Positions 13,671 to 29,374 of a stretch of 64,000 nt of DNA are shown in pieces. Numbering within the stretch: position 1 is the stretch's first letter; every line of letters begins with the position of its first letter. The notes below the pieces were generated by a model that saw nothing but the letters and a program-made list of their open reading frames with translations, was not told the DNA's origin and searched no databases. The stretch comes from the human T2T-CHM13v2.0 reference genome, Homo sapiens. The stretch lies in assembly GCF_009914755.1 (NCBI RefSeq), contig NC_060937.1. One strand, written 5' to 3'. The position numbers and the translations under genes were made by a program.

Positions 13671-14497
13671 TCAAAAGAAGACCTACATGTGGCCAAAACA
13701 AGCATATAAAAATGCTCAATATCACTAATCATTAGAGACATGCAAGTCAAAACCACAATAAGATACCATCTCTCAACAGTCAAATGGCTGTTATTAAAAA
13801 GTCAAAAAATAACAGATGCTGGTGAGCTTGTGGAGAAATGAGAACTCTTATACATTGCTGGTAGGAATGTAAATTAGTTCAGCCATTGTGGAAAGCAGTT
13901 TGGTGATTCCTCAAAGGACAAAAAACAGAGCTACCATTTGACTCGGCAATCCCACTGCTGGGTATTTACTCAAAGGAATACAAATCATCTTATTATAAAC
14001 ACACATGCATGCTTATGTTCATTGCAGCACTATTGACAATAGCAAAGACATGGAATCAACCTAAATTCTCATCAACACTAGACTGGATAAAGAAAATGTG
14101 GTACATATACATCATGGACCATGGAATACTATATAGCCATAAGAAAGAATGAGATCATGCCATTTGCAGGAATGTGGATGGAACTGGAGGCCATCATCCT
14201 TAACAAACTAACACAGAAACAAACAAACAAAAAATCTCATGGTCTCACAAGTGAGAACTAAATAATGAGAACACAGGGACAGAAAGGGGAACAGAAAAAA
14301 CTGGGGCTTACTTAAGGGAAGAAGTTGGGAGGAGAGAGAAGTTTAGAAAAAAAAACTGTCAGGTAATATGCTTAGTATCTGCGTGATGAAATAATCTGTA
14401 AACCAACCCCCAACCCCCGTCACAAGTTTACCTTTGTAACAAACCTGCATCTGTACCCCTGAACCTAAAATAAAAGTTAAAATATTTTTTAAAAATA
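13671..14497 (+). mobile_element. L1 3' fragment (L1PA15/16-like)
   Basis: ORF2-end motif aaaccacaataagataccatctc and 3' end tgtacccctgaacctaaaataaaagttaaaa. Confidence 0.92.
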
Positions 14498-15363
14498 AAT
14501 AGTTACTGGGGTTTTTGGTTTTGTGACTTTCTTTGGTGTCTCAAATCCTATGGTATTTATTGAAATGAGTTAAACATGCAAATTTATCCTTGAGATTAGC
14601 CTTTATTTTGAAATCTTACATACAAATTCTCAGGAAGTAATAAATTCACTGGCATTTATATAAATGTGGCTATTGATGTATGGACTAGGTACTGGAGGAT
14701 TTTCCATAATAACAGAAGAAAATTGATTTTCCCTATAGTTTTGAAGAGTGTTCTTGAGAAACAGAGTTTTCTGTAACTGGAATAAAGCCATGAATCAGGG
14801 AAAATGTGAGAAAGCCCATCTGCATTTTATTCTATTATTAATTTTAAATAAACCATGTTCATTTATAGTTTATATTTATTTATAGTAATTTATTTTATAA
14901 TAATGTGATTATTTATAATAATATGATTTTATTATTATGCTACACAGTTATGGTTTTTTAAATGAATATGTCAACATCAACCTGAAGCTGAATACAAACG
15001 GAGAAAACATAGTTTTGTATTCCACAGAAATTAGGTATTTGATTTCATCTCAAAATATTCTGTGTATTTATTTTAATAAAACACATTTTCAATATCAAAT
15101 ATAACAAGTCTTTCGCTAAAGAAAGTATCAAATAAATATTTGGGAGGGATAAGGAATGTAATTTTTAAGTGAGTAAAATAAAGAATAATTCTTTGATGGT
15201 TTGTTTGAAAAAGAGATATTTCCAAGTATTAAAGTTTAATTGCAATAATTTATGTTTACTATGATTGTAAAATGCACAGTAATATCCAATAGGTAATTTC
15301 ACATATTTTAAGGATAATATATCTTCATGCAACAAGATTTTATTTTGGTAAAAAAGAATCCCA

Positions 15364-15698
<335 letters not shown>

Positions 15699-15769
15699 TT
15701 AAGGTACTAGGCAAATCAATTACTTTCCCTTCCTTTTTTTCTTTTTTTTTTTTTTTAATCACACACTTA

Positions 15770-16138
<369 letters not shown>

Positions 16139-16374
16139 TTAGATATTTACTGTTTTTAAGCTCTCATGTATTAATATGTTTAAATTAATATTCCAAGTTG
16201 TGACCTAATTTATTCTAGGTGGAATGTAGCCATCAGTTCTCACTCTCAATTGATCTTCCTTTAATCAGGAACAATCACCAGATGTTGTCCAATCACGTAA
16301 AACCTTAGATATGAGATGAGAAGTGAAAGAATTCACTGAGCCATATTTTACTTTTGTATTCACTAATTTGTTTA

Positions 16375-16990
16375 ACTTTTTAAATTTTTAATTTTCGTGA
16401 GCACATGTGAGGGGTATATATTTATGGGCTATATGAGAGATTTTGTTCAGGCATGCAGTGCATTAATAATCACACCGTGGAAGTGGGGTATTCATCCCTT
16501 CAAGCATTTGTCCTTTGTGTCACAAACAATCCAATTATACTCTTTCAGTTATTAAAAGAGTTACATAGTTATAAAAGGTTATATAGTTATACCTATCTAA
16601 CTTTCTATACCTATATAAAGAGCTTAAATATACAATTAAATTATGATTGATTTTAGATCCCCATTATACTATCAGTTACTAGGACTTATTTATTCTTTAA
16701 AATTTTTGATACCCATTAACCATTGCTAACTCCCACCTACCCCACCAGCATTCTTCCTAGACTCTGGGAGCCATCTTTCTGCTCTCTATCTCCATGGGTT
16801 CAGTTGTTATGATTTTTAGATTTCACAGTTAAGAGAGAACATGCCATGCAATGTTCGTCTTTCTGTACCTGGCTTATTCCACTTAACATAATGACCTCCA
16901 GTTCCATCAATGCTGCTGCAAATGATAGAATCTCACTCGTTTTTAATGGCTGAATAGTACTCCATTGTGTATAAGTACCACATTTTCTTT
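16375..16990 (-). mobile_element. L1MA1-3-like 3' end
   Basis: Motif ctttgtgtcacaaacaatccaattatactc. Collinear with the L1 copy starting near 35190. Confidence 0.88.
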
Positions 16991-17730
16991 TCTTTTTTTT
17001 TTAATTTTACTTTTTATTTTAGGTTCAGGGGTACATGTACAGGTTTCTGATACAGGTAAATTATGTGTCACAAGGGTTTGGTGTGCAGATTATTTTGTCC
17101 CCCAGGTAATATGCCTACTACCTGATTCATGTTTTTTCAACGCTCACCTGCCTCCCATCCTCTACCCTCAGGGAGGCCCCGTGTCTGTTGTTCCCTTCTT
17201 TGTGTCCATATGTACTGGATGTTTAGCTTCCATTTATAAGTGAAAATGGAAAGTATTTTGTTTTTCGTTCCTTTGTTAGTTTGCCTACAATAATCGCCTT
17301 CAGTTCCATCCACGTTGCTGCATAGGACATAATCTTGCTTTTTTATGGCGGCATAGTATTCCATGGTGTATATGTACTGTATTTTATTTATCCAGTCTAC
17401 CATTGGTGGGGATTTAGGTTGATTCCATGTCTTTGCTATTGTGAATAGTGCTGTGATGAACATACGAGTACATGTGCCTTTATGGTAGAATGATTTCTAT
17501 TTCTTTGGGCATACACCCAGTAATTGGATTGCTGACTTAAATGGTACTTCTATTTGAAGTTCACACATTGCCAAACTGCTTTCCACAATGGCTGAACTAA
17601 TTTGCATTCCCACCAGCAGTGTACATGCATTTTCTTCTCTTCACAACCTCACCAGCATCTGTTATTTTTTTTTACTTTTTAATAATAACCATTCCGGCTG
17701 GTGTGAGATGGCACATCACTGTAGCCTTGA
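16991..17730 (-). mobile_element. L1PA15/16-like 3' fragment
   Basis: Poly-T tail followed by aggttcaggggtacatgtacaggttt. ORF2 remnant MFITALFTIAKTWNQPK..MEYYAAIKK. Confidence 0.92.
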
Positions 17731-17789
17731 TGTTAAATCAAAGGAGCAGGGAAGAGGGATGGAGTTTGACTTACACCTTTAGGGAGTAT

Positions 17790-17985
17790 TTGGTAGCAAT
17801 GAAGACCTTGGCATGTTGGAGTCAGAACAAGGCTTAGTTTCTGCTTTTAATACTTACTGTGTGCTTGGACAACCTCTCCTGTCTTTAGTGAAATGGAGAT
17901 ACCTAACTCATAGTTTCTGTGAGGACCACATTTGAAGATTGTGGTTAGGGTCTGCCACATCGCAATCTCTCAGTCTATTCTAGTG
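17790..17985 (+). mobile_element. MIR-like SINE
   Basis: Motifs tggagtcagaac, acttactgtgtgcttggacaa, gtgaaatggagata and gtgaggac. Confidence 0.6.
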
Positions 17986-18989
17986 ACTTGCTGGTACATT
18001 TGCCATCATGTTGGGTCAGTGACCTTTGGCCATGTGGTCCAGCTTCCGTTATAGCTGGCCTGTGCGGCACTGTTCTGCGTGAGTGCAGACCCTCATGGGT
18101 ATAAGGCCCCCAGTTCTCAGTGTGTTTTGACAGTCTATGATACAGGAGAGACAGACAAAAGTGAGGTCAGGGGCTACGTAGCACAGCCTAGAAGTGGCCT
18201 TGGATGACTGGGGTTTCCAGAGACGTCAATAGCTGCTTCTGCCAGAGGCCCTTAGGGTTGCGTTCTGAGCGCATCATTTCCAGAAGGCTGCCATCCATTT
18301 TGTTATAAGTGAACTGAAACTAGGGAGCTTTTCTGAAAATAGGCTCTTCTAGGGCAGTTGGTTTTAAGGGTGTTGAAACAAGATCAAGAGGACCCTGAAG
18401 GTGCATGTTGGCAGTTTAAAGTGTGTAATGTGGCAATGCAATATCTCTGGAGAAGAGATTTATCTTTAGAGAATCTATTTCTCTCTCCCCATGACACACA
18501 CCCTCCACAATATATTATATACATATAGCTTATGACAAAGCTTGTCTGGCACTTTATGTTAAATTTCCACAGTTGCTCTCTGAATGTTTATTGTCCTCAT
18601 TCACTTTCTGAATTTTTTTTGCAGAGAAAATACTCACTACAATAGCATTTCACGGATACCTGAGTTCCAGAGTGCGTCATTATACAGAATGCCATGGTCC
18701 TCACTCTTCCCATCACAGCATGGATGCAACACAGAACCCCAAAGTGGGGCATGGAAACCTTGTGTTTCCTCTTCTCGCTTCATTCTTGTTTGTCAGTGTA
18801 GTCAAAATAATAACATTTTGTATTTGCACAACATATTTCAGAACAGATCTTCAAATCACTGCAGAGAAAATCATATGAGGTTGATAAGTGGTGAATGGTA
18901 ACCATTATCCTTCCTCCAGGAGAAAGGCATAGAACAGAATCAAAGTTGTCTCAGAATCAACTTGTATCAGCTCTAAGAATAAAACTCAG

Positions 18990-19541
<552 letters not shown>

Positions 19542-20185
19542 TGTATACTATTAAGCACATCTTCTTGGATATTTAGTTAAAATTTATTGGATCATTATTA
19601 GGCTATTTCTAAGTGCAACGTAATGTACTATGGCAGTTATAAAGAAATAGGCTATAGGCCATTTATCTAAGAGCTTACAAATAAAAATGGTGGATGAGAT
19701 GCTGTTAGGCATTGGTTGAATAACAATCGCCATAGAAATGCCAAGTGGGTAAGATCACTTAAGACTGGATGAGTAGGGCTTTGCCTAATAGTATGTAAAT
19801 AAAGAAAATCTTCAGTGTGCATACTGATTAATGAAGGCAGTCCCTATTCTCTTATTCTAATATGGATCATTCTTTTGAATTTGTCTCCCTTCCCTCTAGT
19901 TAAGATACAACATTATGTATACTTTCCAAAAGACAGTGTGGTTTGTTGGAAAAAGCAGTGATTCATCAAAAAGTTCTAGGTTTAAGAGCCAATGTGTTAC
20001 CTTCTAATACAAGGTGTTGGGAAAGTCTCCTAAATGCCCTAACATATCTGAGTCCATGTTTTCTTCTTATATGAAATATATGAGATAATCTTTTAAAATC
20101 TTTTGATCTACTTAGCTCGTTTGTTTTGAGGATAAATGATGTATTCAAAAGGTAAAAATTAGTTTACAAGTGTACCATGGTGTAT

Positions 20186-20725
20186 TACTGCTGCTGCATA
20201 TGATAATGATGATGATGGTGGTGGTGGTGGTGGTGGTGGTGGTGGCAGTGGTGGTGGGAATGAGAGTTAGGATGATGATGCTGGTGGTGGTTAGGATGAT
20301 AAAAATGGTGATGATTGTTGTTGTGGTGGTGGTGATGAGAATGATGACGCTGACGATGATGATGGTGGTAGCAGTCGGTGGTGGCAATAATGGTGAGGAT
20401 GATAGTGGTGGTGAGGAGGATGATGATGGTTGTGATGGTGAGAATGGTGGTGGTGGTCTTGGTGGTGAAGACGATGATGATGCTGGTGGTAGTTGTGTTG
20501 GTAATAAAGGTGAGGATGATAATGGTGGTGAGGATGATGATGACAGTGATAGGATAGGGTTGAGGAGGATAATAATGATGGTGGTGGTGGTGGTGATAGT
20601 GAAGATAATGGTGTGGATGATGATGATAGGGTGATTATGTTAGTGTGATGGTGTGGTGGTTTTGATGAAGGCAGTCTTGATGGTGGTAATGATGATGATT
20701 ATGATGATGAATGGTGATGATTATA
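20186..20725. repeat. Compound (TGG/TGA)n trinucleotide repeat
   Basis: About 540 bp of in-phase tgg/tga/gga triplets. Source of the V/M/G/D-rich pseudo-ORF. Confidence 0.95.
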
Positions 20726-21092
20726 GATATATCAATAAATACACTCACTTCAGCTGCTCACTTCAGTATTTTAGGTTCAAGATTAGCAAATAGGGTTTGC
20801 TAAGAATTCATTAATTATTGTAACTAGCCTTACTAGTAAGAATCAGTAAAATGAGAAAACTCAATGAATGCCAACACAGACATTTCTCCTTGTGCACAAT
20901 TAATGAGTTCTTTTTCTCCATTTTGGGGAGGATGGATAGATATATCTATATCTAATGGATAGATCTATCTATAGATATACAGATCGATAAAGAGAAGAGA
21001 GAATTCCCACAGCACTGTGTTCAGATTGCACTGAACATACACGAGGGCAGGGATTTGGAGAGAATCTTACTGATTGTTAGATTCCCATATGT

Positions 21093-21541
21093 TGTAGGCA
21101 GAATAATGCTTCTTGAAGATGTCCATGTCTTGATCCCCAGAAACTTTGAGTATATTACTTCACATTGCAAAGGTGACTTTGCAAATGAGATTAAGTTAGG
21201 AATCTTGAGATGGTGAGATTATTTTGGGTCATCTGGGTGATCCCATATGATCCTACAAGAGAGAGATTATAAGATACCACACAGCTGGTTTTGAAGGGGA
21301 AAAAGGGGCTACAAGCCAACAAATGCAGGCACATCCAGAAGCTGGAAAAGGCTGGAGAACAGAGGTTCCTCTGGATCTTCTCAAAGGAGCACAGTGCTGC
21401 TGACACCGTTTCTGTATTTTTTTTTTTCCAGTAACGCCTATTTTGGACTTCTGACCACTGTAACTGTAAAATAATAAATCTGTGTTGTCTTAAGGCACTG
21501 TTTGTGATAATTTGTTACAGTAACAATGGAAAACCAATGCA
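21093..21541 (+). mobile_element. MLT1D-like MaLR solo LTR
   Basis: Starts tgtaggcagaataatg, contains gactttgcaaatgagattaagtta and aataaatctgtgttg, and ends ..aaccaatgca. Confidence 0.88.
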
Positions 21542-23149
21542 ACATAAATAGAGTAAGGAGTTAGTAAATACCTAATGTGTAAGTAAATGAAAGATAGAAT
21601 GAAGCTTATTAGATTTTATGTTAAATGCATGTGTGAAAGTCAATCCTTTGGGGATGGAAAGACAGTTATATTTGGTGGGTTAATGGGAGTGGGGAGAGTG
21701 GTCCTGGTAGCTATTTGAGATGAACAACTTTCAGATTATGGTAATAATATAAATAATGAGAAAAAGAAAAATAAATACCCAGCTCCTCCTGCACTAGAAG
21801 ACATTAAAAAGTGATTAAAAGTTTAAAAGACCCTAATATGTTTCACTTAAAATGGAAGCTAATTTTGATAATAATGCAAAGCAGAAGGAGTCATAATGAA
21901 TTCAAATTGTCTGAACTGAACTTTGGTGCAGACTTTCTGGCCCCTGCATGGGCAAGATACTTTGGATTTCTGTCCTCCATGATCTGCCATGTGGCTGGCA
22001 CTGAATCCAGCTCTATTTCATCTCCATAATGTTGATAGGGCCAGCTGGCTGGCAGATCACACAACTGCCTTTGTGGACCCGTGGCCTGGATTGCAGATGG
22101 ACAAGAAGTGAAGCATCTGAGCAATGCAGAGAGACACTGGGCCTCAGAGACACTTCAGCCACTGGCGACATGATTCCTCACCCATCTGCTCTTCGACACA
22201 GCTGCTGGGGGTGCTACTGCCACGGCGTCAGCCATTTGGCAGCTGAGCACAGAGTCTTGGAAAGAACGACAACCTTTGCAATTGTCTGGTAGTCCTAGCC
22301 ATGCTGTACCCCTGAGCTTTTAACTTGAATATCACTTGTGGGTAAAACAAAGGACAAGCATGCTCAAGTCATGTCAGAAACTGAGCCTCCAAGTAGTGTT
22401 GATGCTTTACTTAGATTTAACACCTTGGACTTGAATCTAGAGTCTTTTGTTCCTTAAAGAAAGTATGAAAGTAGTTTCTTTTTCACCTGCAGGAGTACAA
22501 ACAAAATTACAAATAGAGAAGCAAGCTGGTGATGTTTGTATTCTGGTTTGTATTCCTTGGTGATTTTTAACTAAGGCAAATAATATGGAATGATTTGTAG
22601 CACTTTGAGACTGATTTAAGTTATAATGTCTGTGAATCTGTAATAGAAATAAACTAAATTGAAAAAGAAAAGTAATGATTATCATTTGTCTTTTATTTTC
22701 TTAGACCTACCAAAGCTATCCCTCTCTTTTGGAAAAAACAAAACAAAGCATGTATTGAATCCCTGCTAATATTTTGGAACTGAATTATTGCATTTGGGAG
22801 AAAAGCATTATATTATTTTATTTTTTCATCTTTGCCAGCAATGGTAACTTGCTCCTTGACAGTGTGTCTTAAAAAGAAATATCCACAGGCATAATGCATG
22901 ATTAAAAATGCACCTAACATTTTACACATTTGATAAATATTAAGGTCAGGAAATCAATATTTTGCGGCACTTGGTATTACCCCTTGTGCCTTTTTATAGA
23001 AACTTCTTCCTTTGTTTTTATGATACCGAAACAACATTGTTGCCTCTAATATATCATGTCCTCCTTGCTTTCCTTCACATGCACATTTTAATCTGTACTT
23101 TTCTTAAATAGGGGGGTTCTAAAAAACTCCATCTGTTCTATCTCCATTT

Positions 23150-23810
23150 GTTTTCATACTATACAATCTCCCTCAGTAATTCCTTCTTGTGCCGTTGGCT
23201 ACATCTTTCAAGTATACCTAGTAACTTCCTTATTTACACCTTCAGCCCAGGTCTTTCTCCCGAGTTTCAGATGTATCCACACAGCTGAAGAGTCCCTCCT
23301 CCTGTAGCTTGCTCCCTAAGTCTAAAGTTGAACTGGCTCCCAAAACTGAGGCTGCTTCTTCAGTCTGCACACAAGTGACTGGTCCTGCCTGGCTATCTCT
23401 CTAAGCCTCATCTTTATTTCTCACATTACCTTGACTTGTCCATTTGCCATTTCTTGAACCTGTTTCCATCTCACCAGTCCTACAGTGAAGCCTCTGGTTT
23501 AGCCTTCTTCTATTTGTTACTTGAATTGTGCAGTCCTATCTTAACTGTCCTATCTATGTATCTCTAGAATGCCTCCTCTCCAATTCATTATCGCAGTAAT
23601 TCCAGAATTATTCCAAACATGATCATATTTTTTTGCTCCACAAAAATCTTACAAGGATTCTGCGTTGCCCAGGGGATAAATTTTCACCCCCAAGATTTGT
23701 AGGAAAGGCCTTTCATGATTTAATCCATAGCTATTTCTCTCAACTTGTCTCTTATCACTTCACAACTAACATCTAATGTTCTAGGCATACTAAAGTTCCT
23801 GTGGTTTTCT
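23150..23810 (+). mobile_element. Degraded L2 fragment
   Basis: C/T-rich L2-like motifs (tttctcccgagtttcagatgtat, aaggcctttcatgattt). Boundaries are approximate. Confidence 0.5.
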
Positions 23811-24714
23811 CATGGTAACTGTTGTCTGGGAAATAATCCTGAGGCAATGGTAGCTTCCAAATACACTACCAGTCAGGCTGTTCCAGATGTTGAAAGACAG
23901 AAAATATCACACACCAAATTAAAACGAATGAGTCACTCTATCCACTAACTTAAACACATAGGAAGAAGCAATGGGAAAGAAATGGGCAAGTTAACTTCTA
24001 CAGAGCAGGCTTCAGGCTGGCGGAGGGCCCATATCTCCCTGAGTCTAGGGACACTGATGATGATGATATGGTTATGAGGACCCTGACTGAGGTTTGAGGG
24101 AGGGGTCCATGGATAGAAGGTGTTTTGGGCCAAAGATACATGCTTCCTCTATGGGAGAGCAAGGTCATCTGGCTACAGGCGTCTCTTGCACCTTAGCCTC
24201 CTGGACAGCCATGGTTTTCATGTACTTTTCTTGGATTGTGTATATGTGGGACCAAAATGGAGAATATGCTGAGTGTTACCAGTGGATGGCTAAATTTGGG
24301 TGACAGAGCTGTCAACTTGGAGGTGGCAAGATCATGATTTGGTGCTTCTGTCCTTTCTGTCTATAAACATTTCTCTTTTTGTTGAAACGTGTTTTATTTT
24401 ATTTATTCCGTCTCTCCTTGGCATGTCTTACAGCTCACTCACTCTCTTCTCGGCTCTGCCTGAGGTGCAGGAGCTTCCTGTTTACACATCATCCATACTG
24501 AACATTTTCCCTATATCTTGCAAACTACCAGCTTACCTACAGCTTATGTTCAACCCTTTTTATGAGTGCATCCAACCTGTTTGTGTATCTTGCCTTTAAG
24601 CAGAATTAAATATTCTCAAATACATTCTCAGATGAGTATCATCAAATTTATACGTGTGTTACAGTTATGTGCTGTGATATACCCCATGACTTCACTCCTT
24701 CCTCCTGTTATATC

Positions 24715-25354
<640 letters not shown>

Positions 25355-26268
25355 GCATCTATCATCAGCCTTCCCTTTGACAGGCTCTTTTATATTTACC
25401 CTTCAAGACCCAATTCTCGCATCCCTGGGAAACTTCCTTGACCCTACCAGTCTGGATGAGAAGCCCCAGAGATAATGTTTATTTTGTCTACATCTGTCAT
25501 GGTATTTAATCATACTTTACTGTAACTTCATGTTTACCATTTCATTCTCTCACATTACACTGGGAACAGCTTTGAGTGGAAATTTTAGTAGAATCTTTTA
25601 TGTGTTGTTACTCTTAGTTATCCCAGGCTGAGTTATTCCCACGGTTGGAATATGAGGTTATGATGTTGACAACAAATAGTATATTTCCAGTTTTGCCTTC
25701 ACTTTGGATTGCAAATATTCTGGTGTCACTTCAAGACTGTGTCTTCCCCCGATATTTTAAGAAATCTCAAGTGGATGTTTCACGTGTCTTCTTGCACAGC
25801 CTTCTCAGCTCCCACCTGGGGTCAGTCATCAAACTTCTTCTCTTCCCTTACCTCCTCATGTCATCTTCTGCTGCCGATGCGAGTGCCCCAAGCGAGAAGA
25901 GAAAAGTGTGTTGGAAGCATGTGCCTGTTCTGTAGCCTGTCTCCCCCTGTGCTCCTTCTGAAGGCAGGACGCATCCTCACCAATGCACTCTGATGGTCCA
26001 AAGCCATGCGCTGCCTCCATGTTGCTAAACCGTGTGTGTTCCTTGATGTGCCATACATAGCACCTTGGGTTCTCTGATATTTAGGGCAAATACTCTGTCT
26101 TTATTTTATACTCTGTTTCATGGACCAAGTTAATTCTGCCTTAACTTGACGACAAATTACAGAAATTGTACACTGTGGAATTGCTTTTCTTCCTGAAATT
26201 TTTCTAGTCTGAATTCTGTGTTGCTCTGCCTTAAAAAAAGAAAAAAAAAAGGCTTCCTTCCCTGGGTC

Positions 26269-26411
26269 TTTTTCTTGTGCTTTTATCATCAACAAAAAAC
26301 AGAAATCCAAGGTCAGCACTGGCCTCCCAATCTTTTCTATAAATACCTGTTTGAGAGTGTTCATACATTCATTTCCCTTGAATTACTACCTTTATGATGT
26401 TGGCTCCAAAT
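26269..26411 (+). repeat. Inverted repeat arm 1 (143 bp)
   Basis: Reverse complement of 27370-27512 with 5 mismatches and no gaps (manual alignment). Confidence 0.97.
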
Positions 26412-26559
26412 GCTTAAACCCTTAGCTTTGCCATCTCATTCAAGCACTGGCCATGTTCTTATTCTTGTCCACTTATGCACAGAAGTTTTGATGTTTGCCT
26501 GGTTCCATGAATTTCTCAAATCCACATTTATAATATTTTATTTGAAAACCATCTGTCTC

Positions 26560-26888
<329 letters not shown>

Positions 26889-27284
26889 CTATCTTTTGGT
26901 AGTGGTCTTCCATAAACTTGGAAGAGATCTGGATATAATCTAACCAATGCAAACTTCTCAGATTATACAGAAACCTTATTTATTTATTTATTCTATTTTA
27001 CCTGCTAACATTGGAAATCTAGCAGGTATTTAATAAGTAGTCATTAATCGGCTAGTCTCAAAAGAGAATTATTAAATATTTGGGGCTGTGTGTCTTCTTT
27101 AAAGCAATTATTTATCATTTTATCTAATCAGTTAACAAGGTTTTATTAGGTGCTCATTGTGAGTTGGGCAAAGGACAGAAAGTAAAGCGTCACAGGCACA
27201 CAGGTAAGCTGAACTCGGATGATATCTGCCAGTGTATATGTGAGATGTGATAGATCCCTGAAGGCCACTGGCTTTCCGATTTTT

Positions 27285-29352
27285 AAAACATTTTTTAAAA
27301 TTTATTTTCTAAATTGACAAATAAAAATTGAATGTGTTCATTGTGTACAATATGATGTTTTGAAATAGAATTTGGAGCCAACATCATAAAGGTAGTAATT
27401 CAAGGGAAATGAATGTATGAACACTCTTTAACAGGTATTTATAGAAAAGATTGAGAGGCCAGTGCTGACCTTGGATTTCTGTTTTTCGTTGATGAGAAAA
27501 GCACAAGAAAAATATGCATTGTGAAATGGCTAAATCGAGCTAATTAACATAAGCATTGCCTCACATAGTTATCTTTTTTTGTGTGTGTTGAGAACACTAA
27601 GTCTACTGTCTTAGCAATTTTCAAGAATACAAGAATTTGTCATTAACTGTAATTACCATGTTGTGTAATAGATCTGTTGAACATATTCTATCTAACTGAA
27701 GTTTCACATGTTTTGACTGACATCCTCCCAACTCCCTCCTCCTCCTCCCCTTACCACACCTTCCACTGGTCATTATTCTACTCTCTACTTCAGTAAATTC
27801 AACTTTTTTTGATTCCACATATAAGTGAGATCATGTGGTATTTGTCATTTTGTTCCTGGTATATTTCACTTACCATAATGTGGTCCAAGTTCATTCATGT
27901 CGTTGCAAATGACAGAATTTCCTTCTTTGTTGTTGAATAGTATCCCATCGTGTAGATATATCATATTTTCTTGTATCCATTCATCTGTGGATGGACACTT
28001 AGGTTGATCTATATTCTGGCTATTGTGAATAATGCTAATGGATACTTAGGTGATAATATATCTTGGCTATTATGAATAATGATGCAATGAATGTGTTAGT
28101 GCAGATCTCTCTTTGACACACTGACTTTATTTCCTTTGGATATATATCTGGTAGTAAGACTGCCGGATCATATGGTGGTTCTATTTTTAATATTTTCAGG
28201 AACTTTCACACTGTTTTCAATAATGGGTGTACTAATTTGTATTCCCACCAACAGTGTGCAAGACTTCCCTTTTCTCCACATCCTTGCAACACTTTGTCAC
28301 TCTTTGGCTAATAGCCATTTTAATGGGTATGAGGTAATATCTCATTATGGTTTTAATTTGAACCTGATGATTAGTGAGTTTGAGCCTTTTTTTTGTATAC
28401 CCGTTGGCCATTTGTATGAATTCTTTTGAGAAATGTCTCTTCAGATCCTTTGCCCATTTTAAACCAGGTTATTTGTTTTCTTGCTATTGAATTGTTTGAG
28501 TTCCTTATGTATTTTGGATAATAATCTCTCATCAGATATATGGGTTGCTAATATATTCTCCCATTCCATAGGTTGTCTCTTCACTCTATTGATTGTTTCC
28601 TTTTCTATGAAGAAGTATTTTAATTTGACACAATCCCATTTGTCTAGTTTTGCCTTTCTGGCCTCTGAGTTTGGGTTCATATTTAAAAATCATTGCCCAT
28701 ATCAATGTCATGGTGCTTTCCTCTATATTTTCTTCTAGTTGCTTTATAGTTTCAGATCTTGAATTGAATTATTTCATCCATTTTGAGTTTTTTTCTTTTT
28801 GTATGTGTTGTTTGGTAAAGATATAGCTTCATTCTTCTGCATATGGATATTCAGTTGTCCCAACACCACCTACTGACAGGACTCTTCTTTCTCCATTGTG
28901 TGTTGGCGCCTTTGTCAATAATCAATTGACTGTTATTGTGTGGATTTATTTCTGGGTTCTTTATTTTGTTCCATTAGCCTATGCATCTGTTTTTATGCTG
29001 GTACCGTGGTATTTTAATTACCATAGCCGCCTATTATTTTGTGAAGTCAAGTAGTGTGATGCCTCCAGCTTTGTTTTATTTGACCAGGATTGCTTTGGCA
29101 ATTTGGGGTCTTCTGCAGTTTCACAAAAATTTTAGGATTGTGTTTTCTATTTCTATGAAAAATATTGGAATTTTGATAGGGATTGCATTGAATATGTAGA
29201 TTACTTTCAGTAGTATGAACAACTTAACAATATTAATTTTTCCAATCCATAAACATAGGATTCTTTTTATTTATTTGTGTCTTTTTCAATTTCTTTTATC
29301 AAAATTTTACATTTTCAATGCACAGGTCTTTCATCTATTTGGTTAAATTTTA
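27285..29352 (-). mobile_element. L1MA (5/6-like) 3' fragment, about 2 kb
   Basis: 3' motif aatggctaaatcgagctaattaacat. ORF2 remnant KAKLDKWDCVKLK..KETINRVKRQPMEWE. Confidence 0.92.
27370..27512 (-). repeat. Inverted repeat arm 2 (143 bp), inserted in the L1 3' UTR
   Basis: Interrupts the L1 motif ..gatgttttgaaata[insert]tatgcattgtgaaatggc.. Confidence 0.95.
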
Positions 29353-29374
29353 GGTTTTTAGATCATAATGCACA

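Noticed and set aside
18584-18901. 105-aa unique-sequence ORF following a poly-T acceptor
   Set aside because: No recognisable domain and only weak donors. This length is expected by chance in 64 kb.
20145-20634. Poly-V/M/G/D and poly-T/I ORFs
   Set aside because: Derived from the trinucleotide repeat.
20930-20990. Palindrome-like gata/tatc stretch as a miRNA hairpin
   Set aside because: Low-complexity (GATA/TA)n self-complementarity.
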